The notes under the pieces were generated by a model, which was given only the letters and a program-made list of their open reading frames with translations, was not told the origin of the DNA and made no database searches. Source: Nitrospirales bacterium (lineage in GTDB: Bacteria > Nitrospirota > Nitrospiria > Nitrospirales > UBA8639). From it: a DNA stretch of 64,000 nt. Every line of letters starts with the position of its first letter. Position 1 is the first letter of the stretch. This document shows, piece by piece, positions 1 through 9,715 of this stretch. The position numbers and the translations under genes were made by a program. The stretch is taken from positions 1,696,001-1,760,000 of the forward strand of contig OY820905.2 of assembly GCA_963555755.3 (NCBI GenBank). Reading direction: 5' to 3'.

Positions 1-438
1 GCGGGCAGGATCGACGAAGGTCTCTAAGAGGAGCAAGGGGTAGCCGTGGCACAGGTGCCAATCGGCCGCGATCCGTTTCGCGCAGAGCGACAGGACTTTC
101 GAGGCGAGGTTTTGTTGCGAACAGTCCGGCAGGATGAGAAACCGGGTGTTGTTGGCAAGTAAATGGAGGCGTTGCCATTGGAAACAGGGGGGCCAGCCGA
201 TCCAGTGGTCTCGCGCTCTCGATTTGAGGGCCGCCGCCGCAAACACCCGCAAGGCCAGCCAGCGATCCTGCACACAGGCGAGATATTGGATCGAGGGGCC
301 AATCAACGGGGCAGGCCCGAGGTAGTGATGTCGGGCGAGAAGGGTCGTGAAGGCTTCCTTCTCGTCCGGGACAATCGGTCGAACTACGACTTGCCCAAGA
401 TCGATGGCCGGATGTCCGCTTGGCGATTCGTCTGGCAT
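1..438 (-). CDS. DUF4338 (DruA-like) domain protein, probably the N-terminus or passenger ORF of an ISAs1-family transposase; runs off the window
   Basis: Not in ORF track. Minus-strand translation from ATG 438: MPDESPSGHPAIDLGQVVVRPIVPDEKEAFTTLLARHHYLG...RARDHWIGW...QRLHLLANNTRFLILP...NLASKVLSLCAKRIAADWHLCHGYPLLLLETFVDPAR, with HHYLG, WIGW, NNxRFLILP and LETFVDP motifs. Confidence 0.85.
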   Translation of the reverse strand, partial: MPDESPSGHPAIDLGQVVVRPIVPDEKEAFTTLLARHHYLGPAPLIGPSIQYLACVQDRWLALRVFAAAALKSRARDHWIGWPPCFQWQRLHLLANNTRFLILPDCSQQNLASKVLSLCAKRIAADWHLCHGYPLLLLETFVDPAR

Positions 439-533
439 GAAAAAGAGTATGCCCCAAACGAAAAGAAAAAGCCAGCCTAAATCGATTATCCCTTATTATC
501 TATGAAGTTGCACTTTAAAATGAAATAGCCCTG
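1..533 (-). mobile_element. Left end of a probable ISAs1-family insertion sequence
   Basis: Minus strand begins CAGGGCTATTTCATTTTAAAGTGCAAC at 533 (CAGGG is the ISAs1-family terminus), 95 bp upstream of the DUF4338 ORF. Confidence 0.6.
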
Positions 534-535
534 GA

Positions 536-576
536 CTCCCCCTCACCCCAACCCTCTCCCCAAAGGGGCGAGGGAG
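536..576. repeat. REP-like palindrome CCCTCACCCCAACCCTCTCCC...GGGGCGAGGGAG
   Basis: Imperfect hairpin of a widespread extragenic palindrome type, abutting the IS end. Confidence 0.7.
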
Positions 577-652
577 CATTGAGATGTCCGTTCGCTCTGA
601 GCGCCACGAGTCGAAGGGATCAAGAGTTTCTCACTTCCGTTTTTGGAGTTAA

Positions 653-832
653 GGACCTGAGAGAAAATAACTTGAACAATTTCGCGCCAAGATTTGGGTT
701 GGATTTGGACGGAACGATTGAGAAAACCCCGAGGCATAGCACAGCGATGTTGAGGGTGTTTCGATTGAGGCCCGTTCAAAGATGGCCCGAAGATTGGATG
801 CGAAATTGTTCAAGTTATTTTCTCTCAGGTCC
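653..832. mobile_element. MITE-like palindromic element, family A
   Basis: ~33-bp perfect TIR GGACCTGAGAGAAAATAACTTGAACAATTTCGC; TAA on both flanks; further copies at 24953, 37599, 57118, 57940. Confidence 0.9.
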
Positions 833-1317
833 TAAGGCGATTTGACTTTTACTCGGCCTGTGATACTCACCGTGATGGCCTTTTCTCCAGCCTTATTAGC
901 AAGAATGATGGTCCCTAGACTTGATGCGGTTCCCCTGGGATGAAAAATTGGATTTCGATTGGAGCGAACCGTCACGCCAGCATAGTCCTCTTGAATCGAT
1001 CGATTTTCAACCATTTCGCCTGGATCCGCTTTCCCGTTATTATTGTCATCATCCAAGATGTCGTAATGGTGCTCATCCTGGAAGAATACACGGAATTCAT
1101 TGCCCTGACTCACGGCTTGCATTCTGGCGGCTAGAAGATCGGCCCGAACCTGTCGAACCGCACCATTGAGTTGATAGTAAGGGATTTGCGTGGAAAGCCA
1201 TGACCCACCGATAAGGCTCACCACTCCGAGAATACCGAGAACGATCAACAACTCGGTGAGTGAAAAACCTTGCTGGTTTGGAAAATGAGAGCGACGGGGA
1301 AGCATGTTCATGATCAA
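832..1317 (-). CDS. GspH/FimT family minor pilin
   Basis: Prepilin motif QQGFSLTELLIVLGILGVV; C-terminal TGRVK. Confidence 0.9.
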   Translation of the reverse strand: MIMNMLPRRSHFPNQQGFSLTELLIVLGILGVVSLIGGSWLSTQIPYYQLNGAVRQVRADLLAARMQAVSQGNEFRVFFQDEHHYDILDDDNNNGKADPGEMVENRSIQEDYAGVTVRSNRNPIFHPRGTASSLGTIILANKAGEKAITVSITGRVKVKSP

Positions 1318-1335
1318 TTTCGCTGGCAGTTGTTT

Positions 1336-2112
1336 CTACCACATGGTCTTGATATACCACTGCAGCAGGTCGGCATGAAAGAACAACGCCACCAGCGCTC
1401 CAAACACGAGAAACGGTCCAAAGGGAATGTATTGCCCTCGTTCCATCACCTTGAACACAACCAGTCCGATTCCCACAACTGCCCCAAATACCGAGGCAAT
1501 CATGAGTGTCAACAACACCGGCTGCCAGCCCAAAAAGGCTCCAATCATCGCTAACAATTTAATATCCCCACCGCCTAAGCCTTCTTTCCCGAACAGATAG
1601 GGACTCAGAATGGCGAGCATCCAGAGAATCCCTCCACCCAATAGAACCCCGATGACGGCGTGTACAAACCCAAGGGGAAGCACTGTTGCCGCAGCAAGCA
1701 CACCAATGACGATGCCAGGGAGAGAGATCACATCGGGAATAATGAGATGGTCCAAATCAATCCAGGCTACGACGAGAAGCGCTGAAAAAAATAAGGCATA
1801 CACTCCCGCAGCCAGCGTCCATCCAAATGTGGCCACAACGCCGACATATCCCAGGCCATTCATCAGTTCGATGAGGGGATAACGAAGGGAAATGGAGGTC
1901 TGGCAATGTCGGCAGCGGCGACTGAGCCAGATGTAACTCAGGATAGGGATATTATCGAACCAGGCAATGGGTGTTTGGCAGGCAGGACATTGGGACCGTG
2001 GCGAGATGACAGACTGACCGGCAGGCACTCGATACACGCACACATTGAGGAAACTCCCCACCACCAAACCGACGGGAAATACCCACACATAGAGCCACCA
2101 GGAATCTATCAT
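1336..2112 (-). CDS. pilD: Type IV prepilin peptidase/N-methyltransferase (A24)
   Basis: GSFLNV, two CxxC pairs, DNIPILSY, GGGDIKL, IPFGPFL. Confidence 0.95.
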   Translation of the reverse strand: MIDSWWLYVWVFPVGLVVGSFLNVCVYRVPAGQSVISPRSQCPACQTPIAWFDNIPILSYIWLSRRCRHCQTSISLRYPLIELMNGLGYVGVVATFGWTLAAGVYALFFSALLVVAWIDLDHLIIPDVISLPGIVIGVLAAATVLPLGFVHAVIGVLLGGGILWMLAILSPYLFGKEGLGGGDIKLLAMIGAFLGWQPVLLTLMIASVFGAVVGIGLVVFKVMERGQYIPFGPFLVFGALVALFFHADLLQWYIKTMW

Positions 2113-2243
2113 ATCTGCATCGTGTGATAGACAGAAAATCCGATCATATGAGCTGAATTACGTACTTAATAGTCTTTACTTTCAAACAAATATATTGCTA
2201 GTATTACCTACATAATTTATCTTGAGGAAAAGTGCGGTGATCC

Positions 2244-2504
2244 ATGACTACGCAAACCAAAACAAAAAAGCGAGACGTCCTTCCCTTGAAACGAAAACGC
2301 CCTGAAGCCTTAACAGAGCGTGAGCAGGAAATTCTGCAATTGATATGGTCAGGACTGAAGAATAAAGAGATTGCTCTGAGTCTGAAAATCAGCGTAAAAA
2401 CCGTTGAGGCCCATCGGGCTAATATGATGAAAAAAGTACGGGTATCGAATGCCGCCCAACTCCTCAATGCGGCCATTCAAGAAGGCCTCATTCAAGTTCG
2501 ATAA
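2244..2504 (+). CDS. Stand-alone LuxR/GerE-type HTH regulator
   Basis: LTEREQEILQLIWSGLKNKEIALSLKISVKTVEAHRANMMKK. Confidence 0.9.
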   Translation: MTTQTKTKKRDVLPLKRKRPEALTEREQEILQLIWSGLKNKEIALSLKISVKTVEAHRANMMKKVRVSNAAQLLNAAIQEGLIQVR

Positions 2505-3279
2505 GGTCTGCTTTCCCTTCCTTCCTACGCTGCCGCACCGCCTCAAACACGACGACTGCGACACTTGCCGACACATTGAGCGACTCAACCTGGCCATGCA
2601 TAGGAATCTTCGCGTGATTCTCACATTTCTGAAGCACTCCCGGCCGAACACCTTTTCCCTCACCGCCAAATACTAGCAGAATAGGGCCATTCATCTCCAC
2701 TTTATCATACGATTGGTCAGCACCTGGATGGAAGGCCACAGCCGAAATACCGTCAGCTTGTAATCGCTCGATAAGTTTCCCAATGTTCGAACATCGGGCC
2801 ACGGACATATGCTCCAGAGCACCAGCTGATGTGCGAGCGACTGTGGAGGTCAAACCAACCGAACGCCGGTCCGGAATAAATATCCCATGGACACCCGCAG
2901 CCTCCGAAGTTCGAATGATTGCGCCGAGATTTTGAGGATCTTCGACTCCATCCAACGCCAGGAGCAGTGGGGCTTCTTGCAGTCTCGACACCCGAGAAAG
3001 GATATTTTCTTCGGTATCGTAAGATTTTGCAGCCACCAACCCCACGACGCCTTGATGATTCTCACCACGGGAGACAATTCGATCGAGATACTGCCGTTGT
3101 TCAATCGCAAGAGGAACCCCTTGAGACTTGGCCAATTGAATGATTTTGGAGAACTGACGATCTCGATGCGTAAGCAAAATCTTCACAAAACTTCGGGTCT
3201 TCGCCCGAAGCGCTTCTGTCACCGCATGGATGCCACAGATCCGTTCTCCAGGATCACCGCTTCCATCGCGTGGTTCCAT
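2488..3279 (-). CDS. rlmB: 23S rRNA (Gm2251) 2'-O-methyltransferase RlmB (SpoU)
   Basis: GIHAV, HQGVV, DPQNLGAIIR, GGEGKG, SLNVS; start moved to ATG 3279 to avoid a 150-bp overlap with cysS. Confidence 0.92.
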   Translation of the reverse strand: MEPRDGSGDPGERICGIHAVTEALRAKTRSFVKILLTHRDRQFSKIIQLAKSQGVPLAIEQRQYLDRIVSRGENHQGVVGLVAAKSYDTEENILSRVSRLQEAPLLLALDGVEDPQNLGAIIRTSEAAGVHGIFIPDRRSVGLTSTVARTSAGALEHMSVARCSNIGKLIERLQADGISAVAFHPGADQSYDKVEMNGPILLVFGGEGKGVRPGVLQKCENHAKIPMHGQVESLNVSASVAVVVFEAVRQRRKEGKADLIELE

Positions 3280-4717
3280 CTGGACGGTCTTCGAGGATAA
3301 TTCCTTGGGCCGCCAGGTCTTGCCGGATTTGGTCTGCGGCTGCAAAGTCTTTCCCGAGTCGCGCTTGGGCCCTTTGGTGAATCTGCTCTTGTATCCACTC
3401 ATCCGTCAATTCCTTCTGTTCATCCTGCATTGTTCCAGACGCGCCACTAAACTCCAAAGGACGGGACACCCATTCATGGTCAGGTAGCTGAAAAAGTCCT
3501 AAGGGATCACCGCAACGTCGGAAGGCTTCCCGAACCTGTTTTCGAGATGAATCAGACAGGCCTGTGGGAAGCATCTGATTGATCTCCGTTCGCAGTTGCT
3601 GAAACTCTGCGAATGCTTTGGGGGTATTGAAGTCATCATCCATCGCATCTTCAAATGCCTGGGCAAACTGATCGAGCCGTGGCTGAATCGTGGTTTCTTC
3701 ATGAGATTCGTGTGAAGACGATTCCTGTAACCGTTGAAACAATCCATACAAATTATCCAGCGCCGACTTGGCTTCCGACACGGCCTGATTGGAGAAATTC
3801 ACATCGCTTCGATAATGTGTCATCAAAAGAAAATATCGAAGGGTTTCGGCCGTCACTGTTTCCGGACAATTCGATTTGTCGAAAATTTCTCGGACCGTGA
3901 AAAAGTTCCCCAACGACTTCGACATTTTCTCTTCATCGATCGTCACAAATCCATTGTGCACCCAAAACTTTGAAAACTCTTGACCTGTGGCCGCACACGA
4001 CTGTGCAATTTCGTTTTCATGGTGAGGAAAAATCAGATCTTTGCCACCTCCATGAATATCGAATACTCCCCCAAGATGATGAACGGACATGGCCGAACAT
4101 TCAATGTGCCACCCCGGACGCCCAGGTCCCCACGGACTGTCCCAAACCGGCTCCCCTGGCTTGGCGCCCTTCCATAACGCGAAATCCGTGGGGTCCCGTT
4201 TGCGCGTATCGATTTCAACACGAGCACCGGCCTGCATATCCTCCAGCTTTCTTCGTCCCAACTGGCCATACGAGGCAAAAGTTGAGACTTCGTAAAACAC
4301 ATCGTGATCAACTTGGTAGGCATGCCCCTTCTCCACCAACGCCTGGATCATCTTGATAATGTCTGTCATGTGATCTGTGGCCCGCGGCTCGATATCCGGA
4401 TTGGTGACTCCTAATCGATGCATATCGCGATAATACGTACGCACGTATTTTTCGGTCACCTGCTTCCAGGGGATGGATTCCTCTGCCGCACGATTGAGAA
4501 TTTTGTCATCCACATCCGTAAAGTTTTTGACGTAATTCACTTGATACCCTCGGTACTCGAGGTATTGTCTGATGACGTCAAACACAATGGCACTTCGGGC
4601 ATGGCCGAGATGACATTCATCGTACACCGTCACTCCACAGACATACATACCGACTTTGTGAGGAATGAGTGGAACGAATTCTTCTTTTTGATTGGTGAGG
4701 GTATTGAATATCTTCAC
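3254..4717 (-). CDS. cysS: Cysteine-tRNA ligase
   Basis: MYVCGVTVYD, HLGH, PGWHIECS, KMSKS; likely GTG start at 4717 overlapping the upstream TGA. Confidence 0.97.
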   Translation of the reverse strand: MKIFNTLTNQKEEFVPLIPHKVGMYVCGVTVYDECHLGHARSAIVFDVIRQYLEYRGYQVNYVKNFTDVDDKILNRAAEESIPWKQVTEKYVRTYYRDMHRLGVTNPDIEPRATDHMTDIIKMIQALVEKGHAYQVDHDVFYEVSTFASYGQLGRRKLEDMQAGARVEIDTRKRDPTDFALWKGAKPGEPVWDSPWGPGRPGWHIECSAMSVHHLGGVFDIHGGGKDLIFPHHENEIAQSCAATGQEFSKFWVHNGFVTIDEEKMSKSLGNFFTVREIFDKSNCPETVTAETLRYFLLMTHYRSDVNFSNQAVSEAKSALDNLYGLFQRLQESSSHESHEETTIQPRLDQFAQAFEDAMDDDFNTPKAFAEFQQLRTEINQMLPTGLSDSSRKQVREAFRRCGDPLGLFQLPDHEWVSRPLEFSGASGTMQDEQKELTDEWIQEQIHQRAQARLGKDFAAADQIRQDLAAQGIILEDRPDGTTRWKR

Positions 4718-5334
4718 GGCGTGTTGGCTTCCCCGCTTGGAGACGAGGAGGTCTTGGCCGCTTTTTTGGCGTAAACTTTGACTATCCAAAAACCAATGGC
4801 AATCAAGACCACGAGCAGAATCGTAATGAGGTTAAAATAATTTTCGATCACGTCCTTCACCCACGGGCCAAAGAGTTGGAGCGTGCCAGCCACGAGAAAG
4901 AAACGAGCCCCTCGGCTGATGAGTGACGCAATCACGAAGACCTTAAAGTTTACAAAAAAGGCCCCCGCTCCAATGGTAAACAATTTATACGGAATTGGCG
5001 TCAACCCTGCAATTAAAATCGCCCATCCCTCATATTTTTCAAAGGTTTGGTGAATCATGGCGACACGTTCTTTTCCCATAAACCGCAGGAGCAGAGGCCG
5101 GCCTCCCCACCAGCCAATCGCATAGCCAAACATTCCCCCTAATACGGATCCTGCCGTGGTAATTGCGGCGTAGTACATTCCCCATGAAGGATTGCCCAAG
5201 GTTAAGGCCATCAGTAACACATCTGGAGGCAAGGGGAAAAAGGAAGATTCCGCGAAAGACAGGATAAATAAGGCAGGAATCGCGTAGGGCGATTCCGACC
5301 AGGACAACATCCACTCATAGAGTTCGTGAATCAT
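4714..5334 (-). CDS. YqaA/DedA (VTT) family membrane protein
   Basis: SFAESSFFPLPPDVLL, TPIPYKLFTI. Confidence 0.9.
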   Translation of the reverse strand: MIHELYEWMLSWSESPYAIPALFILSFAESSFFPLPPDVLLMALTLGNPSWGMYYAAITTAGSVLGGMFGYAIGWWGGRPLLLRFMGKERVAMIHQTFEKYEGWAILIAGLTPIPYKLFTIGAGAFFVNFKVFVIASLISRGARFFLVAGTLQLFGPWVKDVIENYFNLITILLVVLIAIGFWIVKVYAKKAAKTSSSPSGEANTP

Positions 5335-5347
5335 AGGGAAAGGTTCT

Positions 5348-6130
5348 TTACGAAGGCTGTTGAATGGAACGTACGCATGTATTTAACCTGTGTTCCCACG
5401 CGTGCAGTTTGGTCAGCACCCGATAGTGCGTCATGTCAAAATGGAGCGGGGTCAACGACACAAAACCTTGTGAAATAGCATCCACATCCGAATGTTTCTT
5501 TCGATTCCATGTCACCTGTTCACCAGCAATCCAGTAGTACTTCCCCCCGCGTGGATCGGTTTTTTCAACCACCGGATTGTCATATCGGCGCCGACTCAAT
5601 GAAGTAAATTTCATCCCCTGAAGACGGTTGGGCTGAAGATCCGGCACGTTCACATTCAAAAATGTGTCTGCTGGAAGCCCCTGCTGCAACACTATGCTCG
5701 CAATCTCGAGGGCAACCTTGGCTCCAAGGGTAAATCGAAAACGTTGCTGCCCATCCATCGACACCGCGATCGATGGAATGCCACGAATGGCTCCCTCTAA
5801 CGCAGCCGCCACGGTTCCTGAATTCGTGACATCATCACCTAGATTTAGCCCCTTATTGATCCCTGAGACCACAAGATCCAGATGCTGACCTTTCAATAAT
5901 TGCCCGACGGCCAACGTAATGCAATCGGAAGGGGTCCCGTTTACGGAAAACATTTGCCGGCCCACTTGGTTGAGTCTCAGCGGTTTATGTAGGGTGATGG
6001 CCCGTCCCATCGCATTTTGCGCACGTTCCGGAGCGACCACCCACACGTCTCCAAGGGATGCCAATGCTTTGGCAAGGGCTCGAATTCCAGGTGAATCAAT
6101 GCCATCATCATTGGCCACTAAGATTGTCAT
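5348..6130 (-). CDS. surE: 5'/3'-nucleotidase SurE
   Basis: ILVANDDGI, GTPSDC, SGINKGLNLG, SGTVAAA. Confidence 0.95.
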   Translation of the reverse strand: MTILVANDDGIDSPGIRALAKALASLGDVWVVAPERAQNAMGRAITLHKPLRLNQVGRQMFSVNGTPSDCITLAVGQLLKGQHLDLVVSGINKGLNLGDDVTNSGTVAAALEGAIRGIPSIAVSMDGQQRFRFTLGAKVALEIASIVLQQGLPADTFLNVNVPDLQPNRLQGMKFTSLSRRRYDNPVVEKTDPRGGKYYWIAGEQVTWNRKKHSDVDAISQGFVSLTPLHFDMTHYRVLTKLHAWEHRLNTCVRSIQQPS

Positions 6131-6288
6131 AACGGTGCAGAAAAAGTCGCTCTTTCTGAATAACTCAGAGGGAGTGGCCTAAAGCAAAGAAATCCGAGAT
6201 GTTGCCCTGGACACGGTATCAAGATCGGTAAAACATCACTTAGACCTTAGTGGATTGAGAGAGTAAAGTCATGGTTTATCCCTAAAGC

Positions 6289-6326
6289 AAAAGAGCCCGC
6301 CCCCATTGATGGAGGCAGGCTCTTTT
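6289..6326. terminator. Intrinsic terminator downstream of the for/por operon (bidirectional-looking)
   Basis: AAAAGAGCCCGCC...GGCAGGCTCTTTT hairpin. Confidence 0.75.
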
Positions 6327-6363
6327 CTATCTTCTCTCAAGTTTGTCGTGATTCAACGTCGCG

Positions 6364-7725
6364 TTAAATATTTTGCATGAAATGGGCCACCTCTTCAGGA
6401 TCAACTTCGGTTCCCAAAATGGCTGAGGAGGGAACTGTGGCTGATCTTTTCCCAGTGAGTCCACATTCGATCTCTTCAAATATCATTTCCACAGGCATAG
6501 ACATCCCACCATACACATGGGGACCTGCCACGATTTTGGCTTTGGAATACCCATAAATGGCAGTGGCCACCTCCTTGGCCAACCAACCGACATAATTAAA
6601 TTCTGGCACCACAATCAGTTTGGCGCCAGTACACAATTTGCGGAGTTCTTTCTTGGGGAATGGTCTCAACGATCTGATTTTAATGAGACCAGCTTGAATC
6701 CCCTTATCATTACACAGACGAATGGCTTCACGACATTGGCCCGCCATACTGCCGGAAGCAATGAGAAGCACTTCAGCCCCTTCGACGTTTTGCGCTTCAA
6801 CAAGTCCGCCCATATACTGTTCAATGTATTTGCGCGACCGTTCAACTGCTGCCCACACTTCCTGCTGCCACACAGCATGGATGTTATAGGCCATGAAGTT
6901 GGACTTTTGAACTGGCGCATCACGCGACAGTCGCGCTGGAGGATTTTCAGCATCCAAGACTGGCACTGCCCCTCGCCAGGCCTCACGACCAGGTAATTTG
7001 AGTCCCTTATCCTGCATCGAACAGTATCCCCGTGCATGGGTCACGAAAAATCCATCACAGCAGACACCCACAGGGAGGGTCACATCATTCTTTTCGCTAA
7101 TGATAAATGCCATCATGATGTAATCAAACAGATCCTGTTGATTCTCTGCATGCCATATGATCATCCCGCAATTCAACAGGTAGGCAATTTCAATATTGTC
7201 CGGTTGAATGGCTAATGGAGCATTCACCACACGACAGGTAAACATCGCCACTACAGGCAACCGATGGCCTGGCCAAGAAGCAATGGGCTCCAACCCTCGA
7301 AGCGTTCCGGGACCTGCCGTTGCGGTAAAACAACGAACGCCAGCACGAGATCCACCAGCCATCGCTGACATCACCCCATATTCTTCTTCACCACGATAAA
7401 ATTCTTTCACATACCCTTCTCCATATAACACCCCAATAAGCTGCAGGGTCTCACTTTGTGGTGTAATCGGGTAGGCAACCGTCATATCAACGTTGGACCG
7501 ACGAACTGCTTCTTTCGCACACTCACTGCCAGTGATAAACTCTCTTTCTCGAGGAGCCTCCAAAAACATATATTCTGGGGTGACTATTTTTTGCTTTTTC
7601 GCAGCAGCATGAGGATCTTTTCTCCCCCCTTTTGTGGCGGGGGCTGAAGAGGGAGCTGGTGCTGCGCTCGTAATTGGGTCGCCTTGTGGATTGGTTTTCA
7701 CTTCACTCTCTAATGCATCACTCAT
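6364..7725 (-). CDS. 2-oxoacid:ferredoxin oxidoreductase alpha subunit (five-subunit type, probably 2-oxoglutarate For)
   Basis: AYPITPQSE, TATAGPG, DGFFVTH, LRPFP. Confidence 0.9.
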   Translation of the reverse strand: MSDALESEVKTNPQGDPITSAAPAPSSAPATKGGRKDPHAAAKKQKIVTPEYMFLEAPREREFITGSECAKEAVRRSNVDMTVAYPITPQSETLQLIGVLYGEGYVKEFYRGEEEYGVMSAMAGGSRAGVRCFTATAGPGTLRGLEPIASWPGHRLPVVAMFTCRVVNAPLAIQPDNIEIAYLLNCGMIIWHAENQQDLFDYIMMAFIISEKNDVTLPVGVCCDGFFVTHARGYCSMQDKGLKLPGREAWRGAVPVLDAENPPARLSRDAPVQKSNFMAYNIHAVWQQEVWAAVERSRKYIEQYMGGLVEAQNVEGAEVLLIASGSMAGQCREAIRLCNDKGIQAGLIKIRSLRPFPKKELRKLCTGAKLIVVPEFNYVGWLAKEVATAIYGYSKAKIVAGPHVYGGMSMPVEMIFEEIECGLTGKRSATVPSSAILGTEVDPEEVAHFMQNI

Positions 7726-7795
7726 GGCTTAACCCCTTTATGGGTGGGTACAATCCTTCCTGAATGAAAGGACGACATTGATCAAAAGTTTTTCT

Positions 7796-8551
7796 CTAAC
7801 CTTCTCGTTGCATGTTTTCCGCTTTATGGCCGAATGCGCCGGCACTCGCGGTTCCTTCACCCCCGAGTTGAATATCTAGTGGATTCGTATGGGTTATCCC
7901 GCCATGCACTAAGGACTGGAATCCCGTAAATCGAACATTTTCGCCGTTCTCCGGTAACGTGAGGCCCATTTCTTCACGGACTCGCTTAAACACTTGGGCG
8001 GCCATCCGAATTTTTGTCGCATCGGAATCTCTGATAGTAAACATCGCATCTTCATGACCTTGTTCAGCACAAATCGCCGATGTCCAGCAATTCGTACCAG
8101 CACGAATCATTTTCAACGTCAGATTGGCATAATGACAGTGCACGCCAATGAAAATACAGACTTCAATTTTATTTCCCCAAATCGTGAGATTCGGGTGATT
8201 CGGATTAATCATTTCCTCTGGTTCAATTTTTGGATATTTGGGCCGATAGTCAGGCATTGGAATGATTAAAACATCTGGAATTTGTGCCGCAAGCTCGAGA
8301 ACGGCTTTCGCTTTATCCGCTGCATGATCATTCCAATTCCATAAAACGAGTGGACCAGGAAAAATGGTGGCGTTTTTTCTGGTGAACATGGCTTTTGCCA
8401 TTTCTTCCAGGGCTTTAACTTCTGGAACCTCATTACCAAAAGTCAGACCATAGTCTTCTTTTGGAGGGAGAACACCCAATTCAGCGGCTGATGGAGGATG
8501 AAACCCAGCTGGGCCTGGCTCAATAAGTCTTTCTAACTCAGTTACTCCCAC
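7796..8551 (-). CDS. Five-subunit OFOR delta subunit (CO dehydrogenase beta-like)
   Basis: PDYRPKYPKIEPE...NPNHPNLTIW; operon context; GGAGG RBS. Confidence 0.8.
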   Translation of the reverse strand: MGVTELERLIEPGPAGFHPPSAAELGVLPPKEDYGLTFGNEVPEVKALEEMAKAMFTRKNATIFPGPLVLWNWNDHAADKAKAVLELAAQIPDVLIIPMPDYRPKYPKIEPEEMINPNHPNLTIWGNKIEVCIFIGVHCHYANLTLKMIRAGTNCWTSAICAEQGHEDAMFTIRDSDATKIRMAAQVFKRVREEMGLTLPENGENVRFTGFQSLVHGGITHTNPLDIQLGGEGTASAGAFGHKAENMQREG

Positions 8552-8604
8552 GTGTTTCCTCCAATCATTCAGGTCGGGAAAGAATGGTTTATTGACGTCA
8601 CAAC

Positions 8605-8928
8605 CTACCCGCGAACCGGACTGGCTAACACGGCAGTACAGTTCTTTTCAGAATACGTCAAATTTTCCGTCAATGCTTGGTCACCAATCTGGTCAATCAT
8701 TTCCATTTTGATGGCATTATGTTTGGCCATATTGTCACACACCCAGACACATTGAGCGCAGCCCTTACAACGATCCACCGCCACATAGGCTGATCCATAC
8801 TTCAGACCTCTGTCTTTTCCCGCCTCGGTATTATAGAGAATCGTATTGGCCTCAGGACAAAATTGCGTACATAACTTACAACTCGTGGCAGCACAAATAT
8901 CTGTATCAATATGCGCAACTAAATACAT
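8605..8928 (-). CDS. Ferredoxin-like epsilon subunit of the five-subunit OFOR
   Basis: CAATSCKLCTQFCPE and CKGCAQCVWVC; ATG 8928 after AGAGGA. Confidence 0.85.
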   Translation of the reverse strand: MYLVAHIDTDICAATSCKLCTQFCPEANTILYNTEAGKDRGLKYGSAYVAVDRCKGCAQCVWVCDNMAKHNAIKMEMIDQIGDQALTENLTYSEKNCTAVLASPVRG

Positions 8929-8948
8929 AATATCCTCTCTTTTTTTCG

Positions 8949-9656
8949 CTATGCTGGTGCAGCAGAAGCAACCTCTTTGTCTTGTTTCTTCGCCCAACCC
9001 TTATCGACGGCATATTCCCAGGCCGCTCTTACCACGGCAAGATTTTTATCAATTAACTCCGCCTTTTTCTTAAACTTTCTTTCCACAACGCTATCTAACG
9101 CCGCCGTTCCTCCTGAGACCACAAAGCCTTTACCAAGAAAACGATCTTTCACCGCTTGGGCCAACGCCTCCATGTTTGTCAAACCCGTAATGGCACCAAT
9201 AGCCCCGACCATCGCCATATTCGTGGCAAGGTCAATTCCAGCCACCTCAAGAGAAAGTTTTGTTGCTGGCAAATAGTACAATTGGGCATTGAGTGCTTCG
9301 AGTTCCCGCGCCTGATCCGGCTCCAACTTCATCGTCCTCTCATGATTGATCAATGCCACTCCATCTTGCTTCAGTCCAAAATAGAATGGATTGGTATAGC
9401 TTTTGCCATGGGTAATGACCTGAGGATGAAAAATCATGATAATGTGAGGAAAGGTGATTTCGCCAATTTCATAAATTGGCTCATCAGACACTCTCACGTA
9501 ACTTTCCACTGGCGCCATTCGCTTTTCAGATCCATAGAATGGGACAATGGTGCTCTCTCCGCCCGCGTTAATGACCGCGGTGCTAAAAATATGAGAGCCC
9601 GTCACCACACCTTGCCCACCGACACCAGCCATGCGGATGTTATAACGAATCGCCAT
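8949..9656 (-). CDS. OFOR gamma subunit
   Basis: IRMAGVGGQGVV, FYGSEKRMAP, NMAMVGA. Confidence 0.92.
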   Translation of the reverse strand: MAIRYNIRMAGVGGQGVVTGSHIFSTAVINAGGESTIVPFYGSEKRMAPVESYVRVSDEPIYEIGEITFPHIIMIFHPQVITHGKSYTNPFYFGLKQDGVALINHERTMKLEPDQARELEALNAQLYYLPATKLSLEVAGIDLATNMAMVGAIGAITGLTNMEALAQAVKDRFLGKGFVVSGGTAALDSVVERKFKKKAELIDKNLAVVRAAWEYAVDKGWAKKQDKEVASAAPA

Positions 9657-9715
9657 GTCCCAAACCCTCCTCTATCCTTAATGCCTTCAAAAAGCCTGAC
9701 GTGCTTAAGCCAGCG

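Noticed and set aside
1..438. Druantia defence system (DruA hit)
   Set aside because: No other dru genes visible, and the ORF lies just inside an IS-type terminus
3280..3402. Long functional overlap of rlmB with cysS
   Set aside because: ORF-track start artefact; RlmB homology begins near ATG 3279
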